Below are positions 1 to 9,666 of a stretch of DNA of 64,000 nucleotides, piece by piece (position 1 is the stretch's first letter; each line of letters starts with the position of its first letter). This DNA is from Terriglobia bacterium (GTDB lineage: Bacteria; Acidobacteriota; Terriglobia; 2-12-FULL-54-10), in contig CAXVYR010000002.1 in NCBI GenBank assembly GCA_963666975.2, positions 64,001 to 128,000 on the forward strand. Reading direction: 5' to 3'. The notes under the pieces are model-generated. The model searched no databases. It worked only from the letters and a program-made list of their open reading frames with translations, and was not told the DNA's origin. A program made the position numbers and the translations under genes.

Positions 1-104
1 TGTTGCGCGACAGCGAAAGGGCCGCCATGCCACTTTAACCTTGATTTGACCGGGCAGCCAACCTAGGATTTTGCGGAAGATTGACAGTTCAATCCTATCT
101 CTGA

Positions 105-410
105 ATGGCGGATTCAATTTTGAACTGTTTTCGATCAAGACATCGTTGGCTGGCACTCTCTGCTGGAACCAGTTTCCCAGCAGTTTCCGCCAACAAAGAC
201 TCCGGCCTGCTCCTACGCATCCTGCACTATCATCCAACGCGGGTCGGGCGCATCCCTGCGCAGATTGACTATGCTGATTATCGTGATGTGGACGGCGTGA
301 AGGTTCCCTTCCGCTGGACAGTTTCGCAGTCGAGAGGACGCAGTTACGAATATCAAATCAGCCAGGTGCAGCAGAATGTCCCGATTGCAGCCTCTCCATT
401 CGAGGAATAA
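105..410 (+). pseudogene. C-terminal fragment of an acidobacterial periplasmic protein (c-type cytochrome / lipoprotein-sorting-like family)
   Basis: Only the C-terminal part (DSGLLLR...PAQIDYADYRDVDGVKVPFRWTV...VQQNVPI) looks like a real protein. The upstream part has no credible start or signal peptide. Confidence 0.45.
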
Positions 411-470
411 CGGCGGGCCGGCGCGCGCAGATCCGAATGAAGCAACGCTGCAAGCAGAGCGGCGAACGCC

Positions 471-956
471 TCAGTGTTTGATCTTCCAATTGCCCTCCAC
501 ATTTTTACGATGCGCCCTGTGACAGCCGGTGCAGTTGGCGCGGGTTGCGTGAAATTTGGCCAAGGCTTCCTCCATCTTGCCCGCGGAGGCAAGTTCGCCA
601 GCTTCTTGGAAGCCGGACTGTGTGTCGTCGGCAAACTTCATGGCGCTGCTGACGCTTCTTTTCTGGAAGAAGGCATAGACCCGCCCAAAAAGTTCTTGCA
701 GTTTCTTCGCGTCCGCTGCGACCGCTTCTCCGGCCATGTCTTGCAGATTCAAGGCCATGCTGCCGACCGTTCGCCGAATGGTCTCCACCCATTCCTGGAA
801 TTCGGCTTCATCTTGAGCCAAGCCTGCATCTTGAGCCGAGCCTGCCCTGCCTGCCGAGCCTGCCCTGAGCGAAGCCGAAGGGAGCGCAGCCGAAGGGGCT
901 CGGAATGACAACGCGTTGTGGTTTACGCCAACTGTGAAAACGCCATAGGCACTCAT
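471..956 (-). CDS. class II-like (cytochrome c') c-type cytochrome with an in-frame REP insertion near the N-terminus
   Basis: Helical protein with a C-terminal CxxCH (NCTGCHRAHR). The N-terminal region is disturbed by the repeat at 840-898, so the start is uncertain. Confidence 0.7.
   Translation of the reverse strand: MSAYGVFTVGVNHNALSFRAPSAALPSASLRAGSAGRAGSAQDAGLAQDEAEFQEWVETIRRTVGSMALNLQDMAGEAVAADAKKLQELFGRVYAFFQKRSVSSAMKFADDTQSGFQEAGELASAGKMEEALAKFHATRANCTGCHRAHRKNVEGNWKIKH
840..898. repeat. nested REP-like element (GCCTGCCCTGAGCGAAGCCGAAGGG family)
   Basis: Near-identical nested copy at 20221-20277; diverged single copies at 54612-54636 and, inverted, at 55524-55548. Confidence 0.85.
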
Positions 957-1058
957 TTTTTGGATTGACTTAGGGGTTATCTTTCTTCCAAATAGCTGTT
1001 GGCAAAATTGAATTTGTTTTGCTCCGGCATCCATTAAGCCATTTCACCAGGAGGACAC

Positions 1059-1424
1059 ATGAACGGACCTCAGAGGTTTTGGATTGCAATTTTATTTTTG
1101 GCATTCTTCCCGTGGCTGCCGCTGCTCGCCCAGGGCCAGTTGCCCGAAGGGGAAGGAAAGGAGATCGTCGAGACCGTATGCACGCAGTGCCACGGATTAA
1201 GCAATATTACGAACGCGCGCTACCCTTTGGAGGAGTGGCGAAACGTGCTGTACGACATGATCTCCGAAGGGGCTCCCTTGCTGGACGATGTGGCGCAGTA
1301 TCTGGCGAAACATTTCGGTCCGGAGAGTTCCTCCGGCAGTTCATCGAAAAATACCGGAGAGGCTGCTGGTAAGAAAACAATCTCAGTAAATCCGGCTGCG
1401 GCGCAGGAACCGGGAAGAAGTTAA
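1059..1424 (+). CDS. small exported monoheme cytochrome c; a C-terminal helix-hairpin-helix domain appears truncated
   Basis: AGGAGG RBS, signal peptide (LLAQ), LPEGEGKEIVETVCTQCHG motif. The ORF ends just after ISVNPAAAQE, which resembles the start of a ComEA-type HhH domain. Confidence 0.75.
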   Translation: MNGPQRFWIAILFLAFFPWLPLLAQGQLPEGEGKEIVETVCTQCHGLSNITNARYPLEEWRNVLYDMISEGAPLLDDVAQYLAKHFGPESSSGSSSKNTGEAAGKKTISVNPAAAQEPGRS

Positions 1425-1545
1425 AAAAGCTGTCCGGTCTGGATGCCAGCGAGCATGCGAAAACAGGAAACCGGACAGCTTTTCAGGGAATTGGACTTTG
1501 CTGTTGGATTTCTGCTGTTGGACTTCTAAGAACGAGGTGAGAACC

Positions 1546-2988
1546 ATGCGGAACCGAGGTGTCACGCGAAGGCGATTTCTGGAACAAGCTGGGAGCGTCA
1601 CCGCCCTGGGGGTCATGGGAAGTCTGCTGCCCTGGACCCGGTTCAACGCGGCCGAGTTGCCTCGACCGGGCACTGCCGACTGGGCCCGGTATGGTTATGA
1701 TCTGCACAATACCCGCTTCAATGCGAACGAGAAGACCATCGGCCCCGGCAATGTGGACCGGCTGAAGCTGAAGTGGAAGTTTGACACGCTCGACGATTGG
1801 CCGATCCAGACGACTCCGACCATAATCGGCGACACCGTATTTTTCGGGGCCGGGGGCTATCAATATGCGCTCGACAGCGCCACGGGAAACATGAAGTGGC
1901 GATACGAGGTGGGGCTGGCCGGGGAGTGGCTTTCCGGGCTGAAGAACCGGGGAATTCGCTCCTCCTCTTCCTACGCGAACGGCCGGGTCTACTTTGGAAC
2001 GGGCTTTTGCGATGTGCATTGCGTGGATACGGCCGCCGGAAGGGAAATCTGGAAGACTAATCTGGAAGACGACAAGCTCTTGAATGCCAAGATGGGGTAT
2101 TCCCCGGTCGTTTATAACGGAAAGGTGCTGGTCGGCTGGACCTCCGGCATGGCCGGGATAGCCTGCCTGGATGCGGAAACGGGAGCCATCCGCTGGCGCT
2201 TCCGCGTCGCGCAAGACGTGCCCGCCGAAAACAGAACAGGAGGCGGATCGCTTTGGACATCCGCGGCCATTGATGAAAAGCAAAATGTGGTTTTCAACGT
2301 GACCGGCAGCACCAAGGGACTTTGGCCCAACGCCATGCTGTACACGGAAAGCATCCTGGCCCATGATATTGACACCGGCGAGCTGCTCTGGCACTACCAG
2401 GCACATCCCCAAGATGCATTTGACTTGGATTTTTGCGCCCACCCGATCCTCTTTGACGCGGAGGCCCCGCCCAGAACTCGCGGGTACGTGCGGCCCTGCG
2501 TAGGGGCCGGCAACAAGGCGGGCATTTACTGCTGGAACCGGCACACCGGGGAGCTTTACTGGAAAACGATGCTGGGTGCAGGAGGCGCCGGGGGCGGACC
2601 GCGGATCAACGCGATGGCGGTCGCTTATAACAAGGTTTTCGTGCAGAACACTTCCCCCGGCGGGCCGCCCTTGTACGTCACGGCAGCTTTGAACGCCTAC
2701 AACGGCGATATTGAATGGATTGTGCCGAATCCCAGCTCGCAAACCGCGCCGATTGCCGTCGCCAACGGGGTGCTCTACCAGGGATTCGAGCCGGGCGCCA
2801 AGGTGGAGGCGTTGGACGCCCAAACGGGTCGCAGGCTCTGGGAATATCCTTTGCCGAGTCCATACCGCGGCGGTGTTGCCATCGCCAACGGCGCTCTGTA
2901 CACGAGCAACGGCGAGGCGGCATCCTGGAGCGGGGAGGACGTGCCCTATAAGTATTCCGTCTATTGTTTTACGGTTGACGGCAAATAG
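1546..2988 (+). CDS. Tat-exported PQQ-binding beta-propeller protein (polyvinyl-alcohol/quinoprotein dehydrogenase-like)
   Basis: GAGGTG RBS, TRRRFL twin-arginine signal, DWARYGYDLHNTRFN start motif, repeated A(L/H)DxxTGxxxW Trp-docking motifs. Confidence 0.85.
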   Translation: MRNRGVTRRRFLEQAGSVTALGVMGSLLPWTRFNAAELPRPGTADWARYGYDLHNTRFNANEKTIGPGNVDRLKLKWKFDTLDDWPIQTTPTIIGDTVFFGAGGYQYALDSATGNMKWRYEVGLAGEWLSGLKNRGIRSSSSYANGRVYFGTGFCDVHCVDTAAGREIWKTNLEDDKLLNAKMGYSPVVYNGKVLVGWTSGMAGIACLDAETGAIRWRFRVAQDVPAENRTGGGSLWTSAAIDEKQNVVFNVTGSTKGLWPNAMLYTESILAHDIDTGELLWHYQAHPQDAFDLDFCAHPILFDAEAPPRTRGYVRPCVGAGNKAGIYCWNRHTGELYWKTMLGAGGAGGGPRINAMAVAYNKVFVQNTSPGGPPLYVTAALNAYNGDIEWIVPNPSSQTAPIAVANGVLYQGFEPGAKVEALDAQTGRRLWEYPLPSPYRGGVAIANGALYTSNGEAASWSGEDVPYKYSVYCFTVDGK

Positions 2989-3049
2989 CATTGCCAAACC
3001 GGGCTGTGCTTTGGGATAGTGCCGAAACCAAGGAAGGGAGTATCGTGCT

Positions 3050-3655
3050 ATGACATCTGGAAAGCTCCATCGTCGCGACGTATTGAAAGGCTGGGGAATG
3101 GGGGTGTTGGCACTGTCGCTTCCCGGATGGCGGTTGCCGGTGTTAGGAGCGGAACCGGAGGCCGCCGTGGTAACCATCGGCAACAATTATCGGCTGGGCC
3201 AATGGTTTTTTAATCCCGCAGGTCTTTACATTCAAAAAGGACAAACGGTGCGTTGGGAGAGCAGAAAGTGGGGAACGACGGTCACTGCATTCCACCCTTC
3301 CAACGGCAATCATGAATTGCGAATCCCGGAGAACGCGAAACCGTTTGACTCCGGCTTGATCGGACAAACTATCCAGAGCACGTTTGAATGGACCTTCGAT
3401 GTGGAAGGGACCTACGACTATTTTTGCCGTTATCACGAAATCCTCGGGATGGTAGGACGCATTGTGGTGGGATCGCCGGGCGGACCGGACGAAGAGAACC
3501 TGCCTGGTTATGGGGCCCGCGAGGGAAGGACGCCGGTCTTCCATTTCCAAGCCAAGCTTTTGGCGGCCCTCCCCTCTCAGCAGATCGTTGAGAACAAGAC
3601 CCTTTCTTATCCGAGGGATTTGTTGGTTCGGACCTACCCGTACGGGGATAAATAA
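3050..3655 (+). CDS. Tat-exported cupredoxin (plastocyanin/halocyanin family)
   Basis: HRRDVLK Tat signal, FNPAGLYIQKGQTVRW strand, C-terminal YDYFCRYHEILGMVGRIVV (C-x2-H-x4-M copper ligands). Confidence 0.85.
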   Translation: MTSGKLHRRDVLKGWGMGVLALSLPGWRLPVLGAEPEAAVVTIGNNYRLGQWFFNPAGLYIQKGQTVRWESRKWGTTVTAFHPSNGNHELRIPENAKPFDSGLIGQTIQSTFEWTFDVEGTYDYFCRYHEILGMVGRIVVGSPGGPDEENLPGYGAREGRTPVFHFQAKLLAALPSQQIVENKTLSYPRDLLVRTYPYGDK

Positions 3656-3799
3656 GCGATAGCACGCTGTCCGCTTACGATGGGCTCCCGCCGTCGGGCA
3701 AGAAGGCAACAGGTTATCAATCCAGGTTTTATCAATCCAGGTTGCCTGACTAAATTTTCCACAAACCAACGAATCATCATCCTTTTCAATTTCGGCTTT

Positions 3800-4228
3800 C
3801 GTTTGAACATGCCACTCCCTCGCCCCGCCCATCCACGCTGCCCCCTCAAAAACGTGAGCGAAAACTTCGGCAGCCGGACGCGTGGCTTTGTAGTTTCGCC
3901 AATAGGCGCGCGCCTCCCGAACTCCCGCCCAGTCGAGAACACGAAAGCTCGATTCCCTGCGCAACCACTCCAGAGCTTCCTCGCTGCTCTCCATATTTCT
4001 GTTTTCTGCCTCCAGGATGATTCTGTCCAAGACATACTCTTGTCCCGCCACAAGCTCCAGCGGGGCACGGGGTTGTCCATTGCGGATCGACAGAGTGATT
4101 CCGGGCGGCTCGGCTGGGGAAGCAGCATCCTCCGAATTGGGGGCCGGATTGGGGGAAGGTCTCCCGCAGGATGAGACAAGCAGCATCCCCCAAACGAAAA
4201 CAACAAAAATAATTTTACTCTTCATCAT
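3800..4228 (-). pseudogene. truncated lipoprotein of unknown function
   Basis: MMKSKIIFVVFVWGMLLVSSC lipobox and a Pro-rich linker. Protein-like sequence decays near 3800 and the ORF then runs antisense through the cupredoxin gene. Confidence 0.5.
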
Positions 4229-4498
4229 GAATGGTTTGCTTTTGCTCATTTCCGTCAGATTCCGGGCGATCCTAACATAAGAGACGGATCGTACGATTAT
4301 CAATCCGAATGCCTTCCATAGAAAACCCTTCGCAAAGGACATGCAATGTGAGCAGGCTTTCCCCGATAGCGCTTCGCTGTGCTGATGACCAGCCACAGGT
4401 CTCCCGGAACGAATCCCGATGTATACTCTTCGTTGCCCGGAAACCAGAAATGGAAATTCCGGTGGACGGCATTCTTCAACTAACAGGAGGTATTATTC

Positions 4499-4693
4499 AT
4501 GCCCCATATTCAGATCACGCTTCTGGAAGGACGTCCGGCGGAACAAAAGCGCAAGATTGCCGAACGCATCACCGACACCATGGTCGAAGAGACCGGCACC
4601 AGTCGCGAAGGGGTTAGTGTGGCTTTCGTGGATGTTTCTCCAGACAGTTTTGCCCGGGGAGGCGTGCTGATCATAGACCGGAAAAAGAGCTGA
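4499..4693 (+). CDS. 4-oxalocrotonate tautomerase family protein
   Basis: AGGAGG RBS; 64 aa starting MPHIQITLLEGR (catalytic Pro1, Arg11) with a C-terminal GG motif. Confidence 0.92.
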   Translation: MPHIQITLLEGRPAEQKRKIAERITDTMVEETGTSREGVSVAFVDVSPDSFARGGVLIIDRKKS

Positions 4694-4747
4694 ATCCGGT
4701 GCTGCTGCAGGAAAACCCCTTCCGAAAATCGGCATAGGAGATTCAGG

Positions 4748-5203
4748 ATGAATTTACAGGGAACGGTTCAGGTGAAAGCCCCGCGGGACCGTGTTTGGGA
4801 AGCTTTGAATGACGCGAAAGTTCTGGAGCAGTGCACACCTGGATGCAAGCAAATGACCCTCGCGGAAGATGGGTCCTACGATGTCCTGCTGGAGGTGGGC
4901 ATAGCCTCCGTCAAAGGGCGCTATACAGGCAAGATTCGGATTAGCGACCGAATCCCCGGCACTCAGTACAAGCTGGCAGTGACGGGAAAGGGCACTCCCG
5001 GTTTTTTGAACGCCGAAGGTATCCTCCGGCTGGAAGAGCAGGGCGCAGAGACTCGGATCGATTACAGCGGGCAGGCGCAGGTGGGAGGGCTAATTGCCGG
5101 TGTGGGCCAGCGCATTATGAGCGGCGTGGCCAAGCAACTGGTAAGGCAATTTTTCCAAAGTTTCGAGAAGGTTGCAGTCCAATCCGCAGAAGGCGGCAAC
5201 TAA
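4748..5203 (+). CDS. coxG: CoxG family (SRPBCC) accessory protein of Mo-hydroxylases
   Basis: APRDRVWEALND...CTPGC...YSGQAQVGGLIAGVGQR is a typical CoxG pattern. Confidence 0.88.
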   Translation: MNLQGTVQVKAPRDRVWEALNDAKVLEQCTPGCKQMTLAEDGSYDVLLEVGIASVKGRYTGKIRISDRIPGTQYKLAVTGKGTPGFLNAEGILRLEEQGAETRIDYSGQAQVGGLIAGVGQRIMSGVAKQLVRQFFQSFEKVAVQSAEGGN

Positions 5204-5278
5204 CCCGGATTTCTCGCCAAGCCCGGCAGGCCTGAGACTTTGCCAAAAAACAGCGAGGGAAAACGTTTCAGGAAGCAG

Positions 5279-5731
5279 CTATATGAGCTTAGAGACTGCC
5301 TCGCGAATCTTCAGCTCGATGATAATGTTCTCCTCCTCGGAGTTTTCCGGTGGAAGGGACCGGTGAGCAATCCCCCGGGGGATGACAAACATCTCGCCGG
5401 ATTGCAGGGTAATGTTGCCCAACTCCGTCTCCCAGTGGATGCTCCCCTTGTAGCAAAAGATCACCTCGTCGGCCTCCATATTGCGATGCCAGAAAACCAT
5501 CGGCTCCTTCGTCCTCTTGGAAAGGTCCAGCCGCACCCCTTCGGCTTGCAACAGCGGCAAGGGCGTCCCCTCGGCCTTGGCGTAGTTCGATGGCCGCAAG
5601 TTTGGATCGTTGACGTTGATCTTTTCCAGCTTGACCTGCTTGCTCTCGACGGAAATAACCTGCACGGGAGGAATTTCACGTTTCAAGATCAGTTCTTTTC
5701 CCTGCCATGTGAATTTCTCGGTGTAGGTCAT
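5279..5731 (-). CDS. cupin-domain protein (homogentisate-dioxygenase-like motif)
   Basis: FWHRNMEADEVIFCYKG...GEMFVIPRGIAHR cupin motifs 1 and 2. Confidence 0.75.
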   Translation of the reverse strand: MTYTEKFTWQGKELILKREIPPVQVISVESKQVKLEKINVNDPNLRPSNYAKAEGTPLPLLQAEGVRLDLSKRTKEPMVFWHRNMEADEVIFCYKGSIHWETELGNITLQSGEMFVIPRGIAHRSLPPENSEEENIIIELKIREAVSKLI

Positions 5732-5820
5732 GATTCTTTTCCTTTCTCAAAAACTCAATTTCCATCGCCAATATAAGAAGCTTGCTCCCGGAAGACCATC
5801 TAAACAGAGGCCGTCAGCCT

Positions 5821-6699
5821 CTAAGAACGAATGCAAGCCGCCGCGATCGCCCGCGAGACATAAACGCGGGCAAGGTGGGAGCGAAAATCGCTCGAGGCAT
5901 GCATATTCTCCATCACATCCACGCCCTGAACGATGGCGGACGCTGCCTCTTCAATAATTTTGGGTTCCAGTTTTTTTCCTTGCAGTCTCTTTTCTGTCTC
6001 TTCCGCCCGATAAGGCTTATCCGTCACTCCGGTAACCCCGATTGAAATTTCTTCGCATGTTTGATCGTCCCCTGCCTTCAGGCATAGGGCGATCCCGACC
6101 ATGGCAAAGTCCGATGGTCTCCGAGCAGCTTTCCGATAGATCGTTTTGTGGTCCGGCAAAACCGGCACGCGAATCTCGGACAGAATCTCATCCGGCGACA
6201 AAGCAGTTTCCATCATGCCGAGAAAGAAATCATCCGCTTGGATCCATCTTTCGCCTTTAGGACCGGCCACTTTTAATTCCGCTTTCAGAGCCAGGATCGC
6301 CGCCGGCATATCACCGGCCGGGTCGGCGTGGGCCAGACTGCCGCCGAGCGTCCCGCGGTTACGCACCTGGACATCGCCAACCACAGAGGCCGTTTGCGGC
6401 AAAAGAGGACATTTGCTTTGCAATAGTTCGGATTCCTTGATCTGGGCGTAGGTGGTAAGCGCGCCAATTGATATTGTGCCGGAGGGCCCGGCGCTTTCTT
6501 CGCGGATATAGTTCAGTTCCGCGATGCCGGCCAAATCCACAAGATAGTTTAGGCTGGCCAAGCGAAGCTTCAGCAGCGATATGAGGCTTTGCCCCCCCGC
6601 GAGAGGTTTCGCCTCCTCCTGGTAGCTGGAGAGAAGAGAAACAGCCTCGGAAAGAGATGCTGGAGCGAAGTATTCGAATTTGCTAGGTATCATAACCAC
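5821..6699 (-). CDS. xanthine dehydrogenase family FAD-binding (medium) subunit
   Basis: FEYFAP, AGGQSL, QVRNRGTLGGSLAHADPAGD motifs. Confidence 0.93.
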   Translation of the reverse strand: MVMIPSKFEYFAPASLSEAVSLLSSYQEEAKPLAGGQSLISLLKLRLASLNYLVDLAGIAELNYIREESAGPSGTISIGALTTYAQIKESELLQSKCPLLPQTASVVGDVQVRNRGTLGGSLAHADPAGDMPAAILALKAELKVAGPKGERWIQADDFFLGMMETALSPDEILSEIRVPVLPDHKTIYRKAARRPSDFAMVGIALCLKAGDDQTCEEISIGVTGVTDKPYRAEETEKRLQGKKLEPKIIEEAASAIVQGVDVMENMHASSDFRSHLARVYVSRAIAAACIRS

Positions 6700-6772
6700 T
6701 CCCGCCCGAAGAACCCCCCGCCCGAAGAACCCATAGTTGAAGAACCCATAGTTTCAGTGAAGCGACTGCTCA

Positions 6773-9178
6773 TCAAATCTCCTTGGTCTCCTTTACGGCC
6801 CTCACAACTTTTTGAGGTGTAATCGGCAGCGAGACAACTTTAACATGGAAGGGAGAAAGGGCGTCTTCCACCGCGTTGGCCACGGCGGCGACAGAACCAA
6901 TCGCCCCTCCTTCTCCCACAGCCTTGGATCCCAAAAGGGTGTAAGGGCAGGGAGATTCCATATGGGCGAGCTCAATTCTCGGCAGTCCGCCGGCTACCGG
7001 CTTCATGTAATCCATGAAGGAAGCCGATAAGGGCTGCCCGTTCTCGTCATAAACGAATTCTTCCAAAAGGGCCGCTCCGATTCCATGTACCGTCGAGCCG
7101 ATAGTCATGCCCTCCACGATCCCGGGATTGAGCTGCCTGCCGCAATCATGAACGATGACGTATTTGAGGAAGGTTACTTCTCCGGTCTCCATATCCACCT
7201 CCACCGCGACCACGTGGACGGAGTTGGAATGGGTAATTTGCACATTAAAGTCATCCCTGCTGGGACGTTTCGCCATGGAGTTTTTGTAATAGGCGATCTC
7301 CTTCAATCCCGGCTCCACGCCATCGGGAAGCAGTAGAATTTTTTTGTAGGCCAGAGAAGCAATCTCCTGGAATGAAACCGATTTCTGCTCGTCCTTGCTG
7401 GAACAGACCGCTCCGTTCTTCAACTGGAGTTCCCCTGTTTCCTCTCCCAACATGTGGGAAGCGATCCGAACCATTTTGTCTCTGACCTTTTTGGTGGCCA
7501 TAATGACGGCGCCGAGATCCACATCGTTGAACTTGTTGGAATAGGCCCCGGAATGGCCGAGAAACGGCGAGACCAAAGAATCGAGATGTGAATCGACCGA
7601 CACTCTTTCCGGATGGATGTCCAGCATATCCGCAATCACCTGGGTAATGGTGGTTGCATGGCCCTGGCCTTGGTCTACGGAACCCATCACCACATTCACG
7701 TTCCCGTCATAGTCGATGCTGACGATCGCGCCCTCGGCATTCCCCATGTATTCAGGGACACCCCTGGAGGTGTAGTAATACCCCAGGTTCGAGGTTCCCG
7801 GCTCTATTCCCGCGCTGATGCCTAAACCGATGTACTTCCCCTTTTTCCGCATTTCCATCTGCTGCTTTTTTAACTCGTTATAACCGCTCAGGCTCAATGC
7901 TTTCTGGAGACATTCCGGATAGTTTCCGCTTTCGTAGATTTCACCCGAAGGGGTGGTGTAAGGCATCTGCTTCGGCTGGACAAAGTTGCGGAAGCGAATC
8001 TCGACCGGGTCCAGCCCCAGTTTCTTGGCTGCTATGTCCATCATCCTTTCGAGAACAAAGATCATGGTGGGCTTGCCTACGCCCCGGTTCTGAACCGTGG
8101 GACCCTTCTGGGTCACGACGCTGATTAACTCGGCCCGGGTCGCTCGAATGTCGTAGCAGCCGACCATCGTGGCGAATTTGATCAGCCCATAGATGCCTGC
8201 CGTATGGACGAAGGAGCCGTCGTTTTCGATATCCTTGATAAAGAGGCCCAGAATCTTCCCGTCTTTTTTCATGGGCAGTTCAATCTCCACATCACAATCG
8301 GGCGCATGGCTGCCGCCCAGCAGGTGCTCTCTTCTGGTTTGCACCCACTTCACCGGCTTATCGACCTTTTTAGCCAGCAGACAAAGAATGACGATGTAGG
8401 GCCAGATGGCGAGTTTGATGCCGAAGCCTCCGCCGCTGTCGGGAACGATCAGCCGAAACCGGTTATTGGGAATGCCCAGCGTGTTGCAGACGTTCGTGGT
8501 GCTCCTGCCCGGCTGCTGGTCATTCGCCCACACGACGAAGGAGTCGTTTCCCTTCTCGTGTTTTGCGATCATGGCCCAATTTTCCAGCGGAGTTGAGCTG
8601 TACCTGTGAACCCGGAAGTGTTCCTTGACAACCAAGTCGGCCTCTTGGTAAGCGGCATCCATATTGCCGTGCTCCAGCTTGTCATGAAGCAGCACGTTGC
8701 TCCCCGCCTCTTCAAAGATCAAAGGGGAGTCATTCTTCAGGGCGTCCTCAATCTCCACTACCACTGGCAGCGGCTCATACTCCACATCGATCAGCTCCAG
8801 AGCGTCTTCGGCAATGTAGCGGTCCTCGGCGGCAACAGCCACAAGCGGCTCGCCTACGTAGCGGACCTTTTTATCGGCCATCACGTACTGAATGGCAGGC
8901 TGAGTGATGGCTCTCGCTACGATCGGTTTTGTCTGCTTCGCCACCTCCGGCCCGCTCACCACCGCGATGACCCCCTTGAGCGCCTCGGCCTTGCTGGTGT
9001 CGATCTTTGTGATGCGCGCGTGAGCGTAAACACTTCTCAGGAACGCGACATGCGCGCAATCCATGTCCAGATCATCCACATAGGCGCCCTCGCCTTTGAT
9101 TAAGCGGATATCCTCGTCTCTCCGGACGGGCTTGCCGACCCAGTTCCTCGTCACAAAGATCTCATCTAAATTCATCAT
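6773..9178 (-). CDS. xanthine dehydrogenase family molybdopterin-binding (large) subunit
   Basis: GGGFGIK, QGQGHATT, HDCG..LNP and KAVGEGG (catalytic Glu) motifs; ATGA overlap with the small-subunit gene. It lacks the CO-dehydrogenase AYxCSFR loop and has QNRGVG instead. Confidence 0.93.
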   Translation of the reverse strand: MMNLDEIFVTRNWVGKPVRRDEDIRLIKGEGAYVDDLDMDCAHVAFLRSVYAHARITKIDTSKAEALKGVIAVVSGPEVAKQTKPIVARAITQPAIQYVMADKKVRYVGEPLVAVAAEDRYIAEDALELIDVEYEPLPVVVEIEDALKNDSPLIFEEAGSNVLLHDKLEHGNMDAAYQEADLVVKEHFRVHRYSSTPLENWAMIAKHEKGNDSFVVWANDQQPGRSTTNVCNTLGIPNNRFRLIVPDSGGGFGIKLAIWPYIVILCLLAKKVDKPVKWVQTRREHLLGGSHAPDCDVEIELPMKKDGKILGLFIKDIENDGSFVHTAGIYGLIKFATMVGCYDIRATRAELISVVTQKGPTVQNRGVGKPTMIFVLERMMDIAAKKLGLDPVEIRFRNFVQPKQMPYTTPSGEIYESGNYPECLQKALSLSGYNELKKQQMEMRKKGKYIGLGISAGIEPGTSNLGYYYTSRGVPEYMGNAEGAIVSIDYDGNVNVVMGSVDQGQGHATTITQVIADMLDIHPERVSVDSHLDSLVSPFLGHSGAYSNKFNDVDLGAVIMATKKVRDKMVRIASHMLGEETGELQLKNGAVCSSKDEQKSVSFQEIASLAYKKILLLPDGVEPGLKEIAYYKNSMAKRPSRDDFNVQITHSNSVHVVAVEVDMETGEVTFLKYVIVHDCGRQLNPGIVEGMTIGSTVHGIGAALLEEFVYDENGQPLSASFMDYMKPVAGGLPRIELAHMESPCPYTLLGSKAVGEGGAIGSVAAVANAVEDALSPFHVKVVSLPITPQKVVRAVKETKEI

Positions 9179-9657
9179 AGGGCTTTCCCCGCGGACCCTT
9201 TTATCATTTCTGCCGCATATTTTATGGCGTCGACAATTTGCTGGTAGCCGGTGCACATGCACAGGTTCCCCTCAATCGCCTCGCGAATCTCGGCTTCGCT
9301 GGGCTCTGCGTTGGATTCGAGCAAGGAAACAGCGCTTAGAAGCATACCCGGAGTACAATAGCCGCACTGCACGGCGAATCGGTTCAGGAAGGCTTCCTGA
9401 ACGGGGTGTAGGCCATTCCCGGCAAGACCCTCTACGGTTGTGATCTCGGCTCGATTGGCTTGAACGGCCAGCATCATGCAGGATTTGACGGGCTTCCCAT
9501 TATAAAAAACCGTGCAAGCCCCGCAATTTCCCGTATCACAACCCACGTGCGTTCCCGTAAGCCTCGCTTTCTCGCGGATGTAATGGACGAGCAGAAGCCT
9601 GGCGTCCACTTCATGCTCGTAGTCCTTTCCGTTGATTCTCGCTTGGACCCTGTGCAT
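9175..9657 (-). CDS. xanthine dehydrogenase family 2Fe-2S (small) subunit
   Basis: GCDTGNCGACTV, QCGYCTPG and GNLCMCTGY cluster motifs. Confidence 0.95.
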   Translation of the reverse strand: MHRVQARINGKDYEHEVDARLLLVHYIREKARLTGTHVGCDTGNCGACTVFYNGKPVKSCMMLAVQANRAEITTVEGLAGNGLHPVQEAFLNRFAVQCGYCTPGMLLSAVSLLESNAEPSEAEIREAIEGNLCMCTGYQQIVDAIKYAAEMIKGSAGKAL

Positions 9658-9666
9658 GGCTCACCC

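Noticed and set aside
1483-3186. Long antisense ORF of 567 aa (similarly 16088-17257, 20731-22101, 27085-28809, 50961-52061)
   Set aside because: Shadow frames of well-supported genes in GC-rich DNA, with no motifs.
5821-9657. Aerobic CO dehydrogenase (coxMSL with coxG)
   Set aside because: The large subunit lacks the AYxCSFR Cu-binding loop (it has QNRGVG) and the context is heterocycle catabolism.
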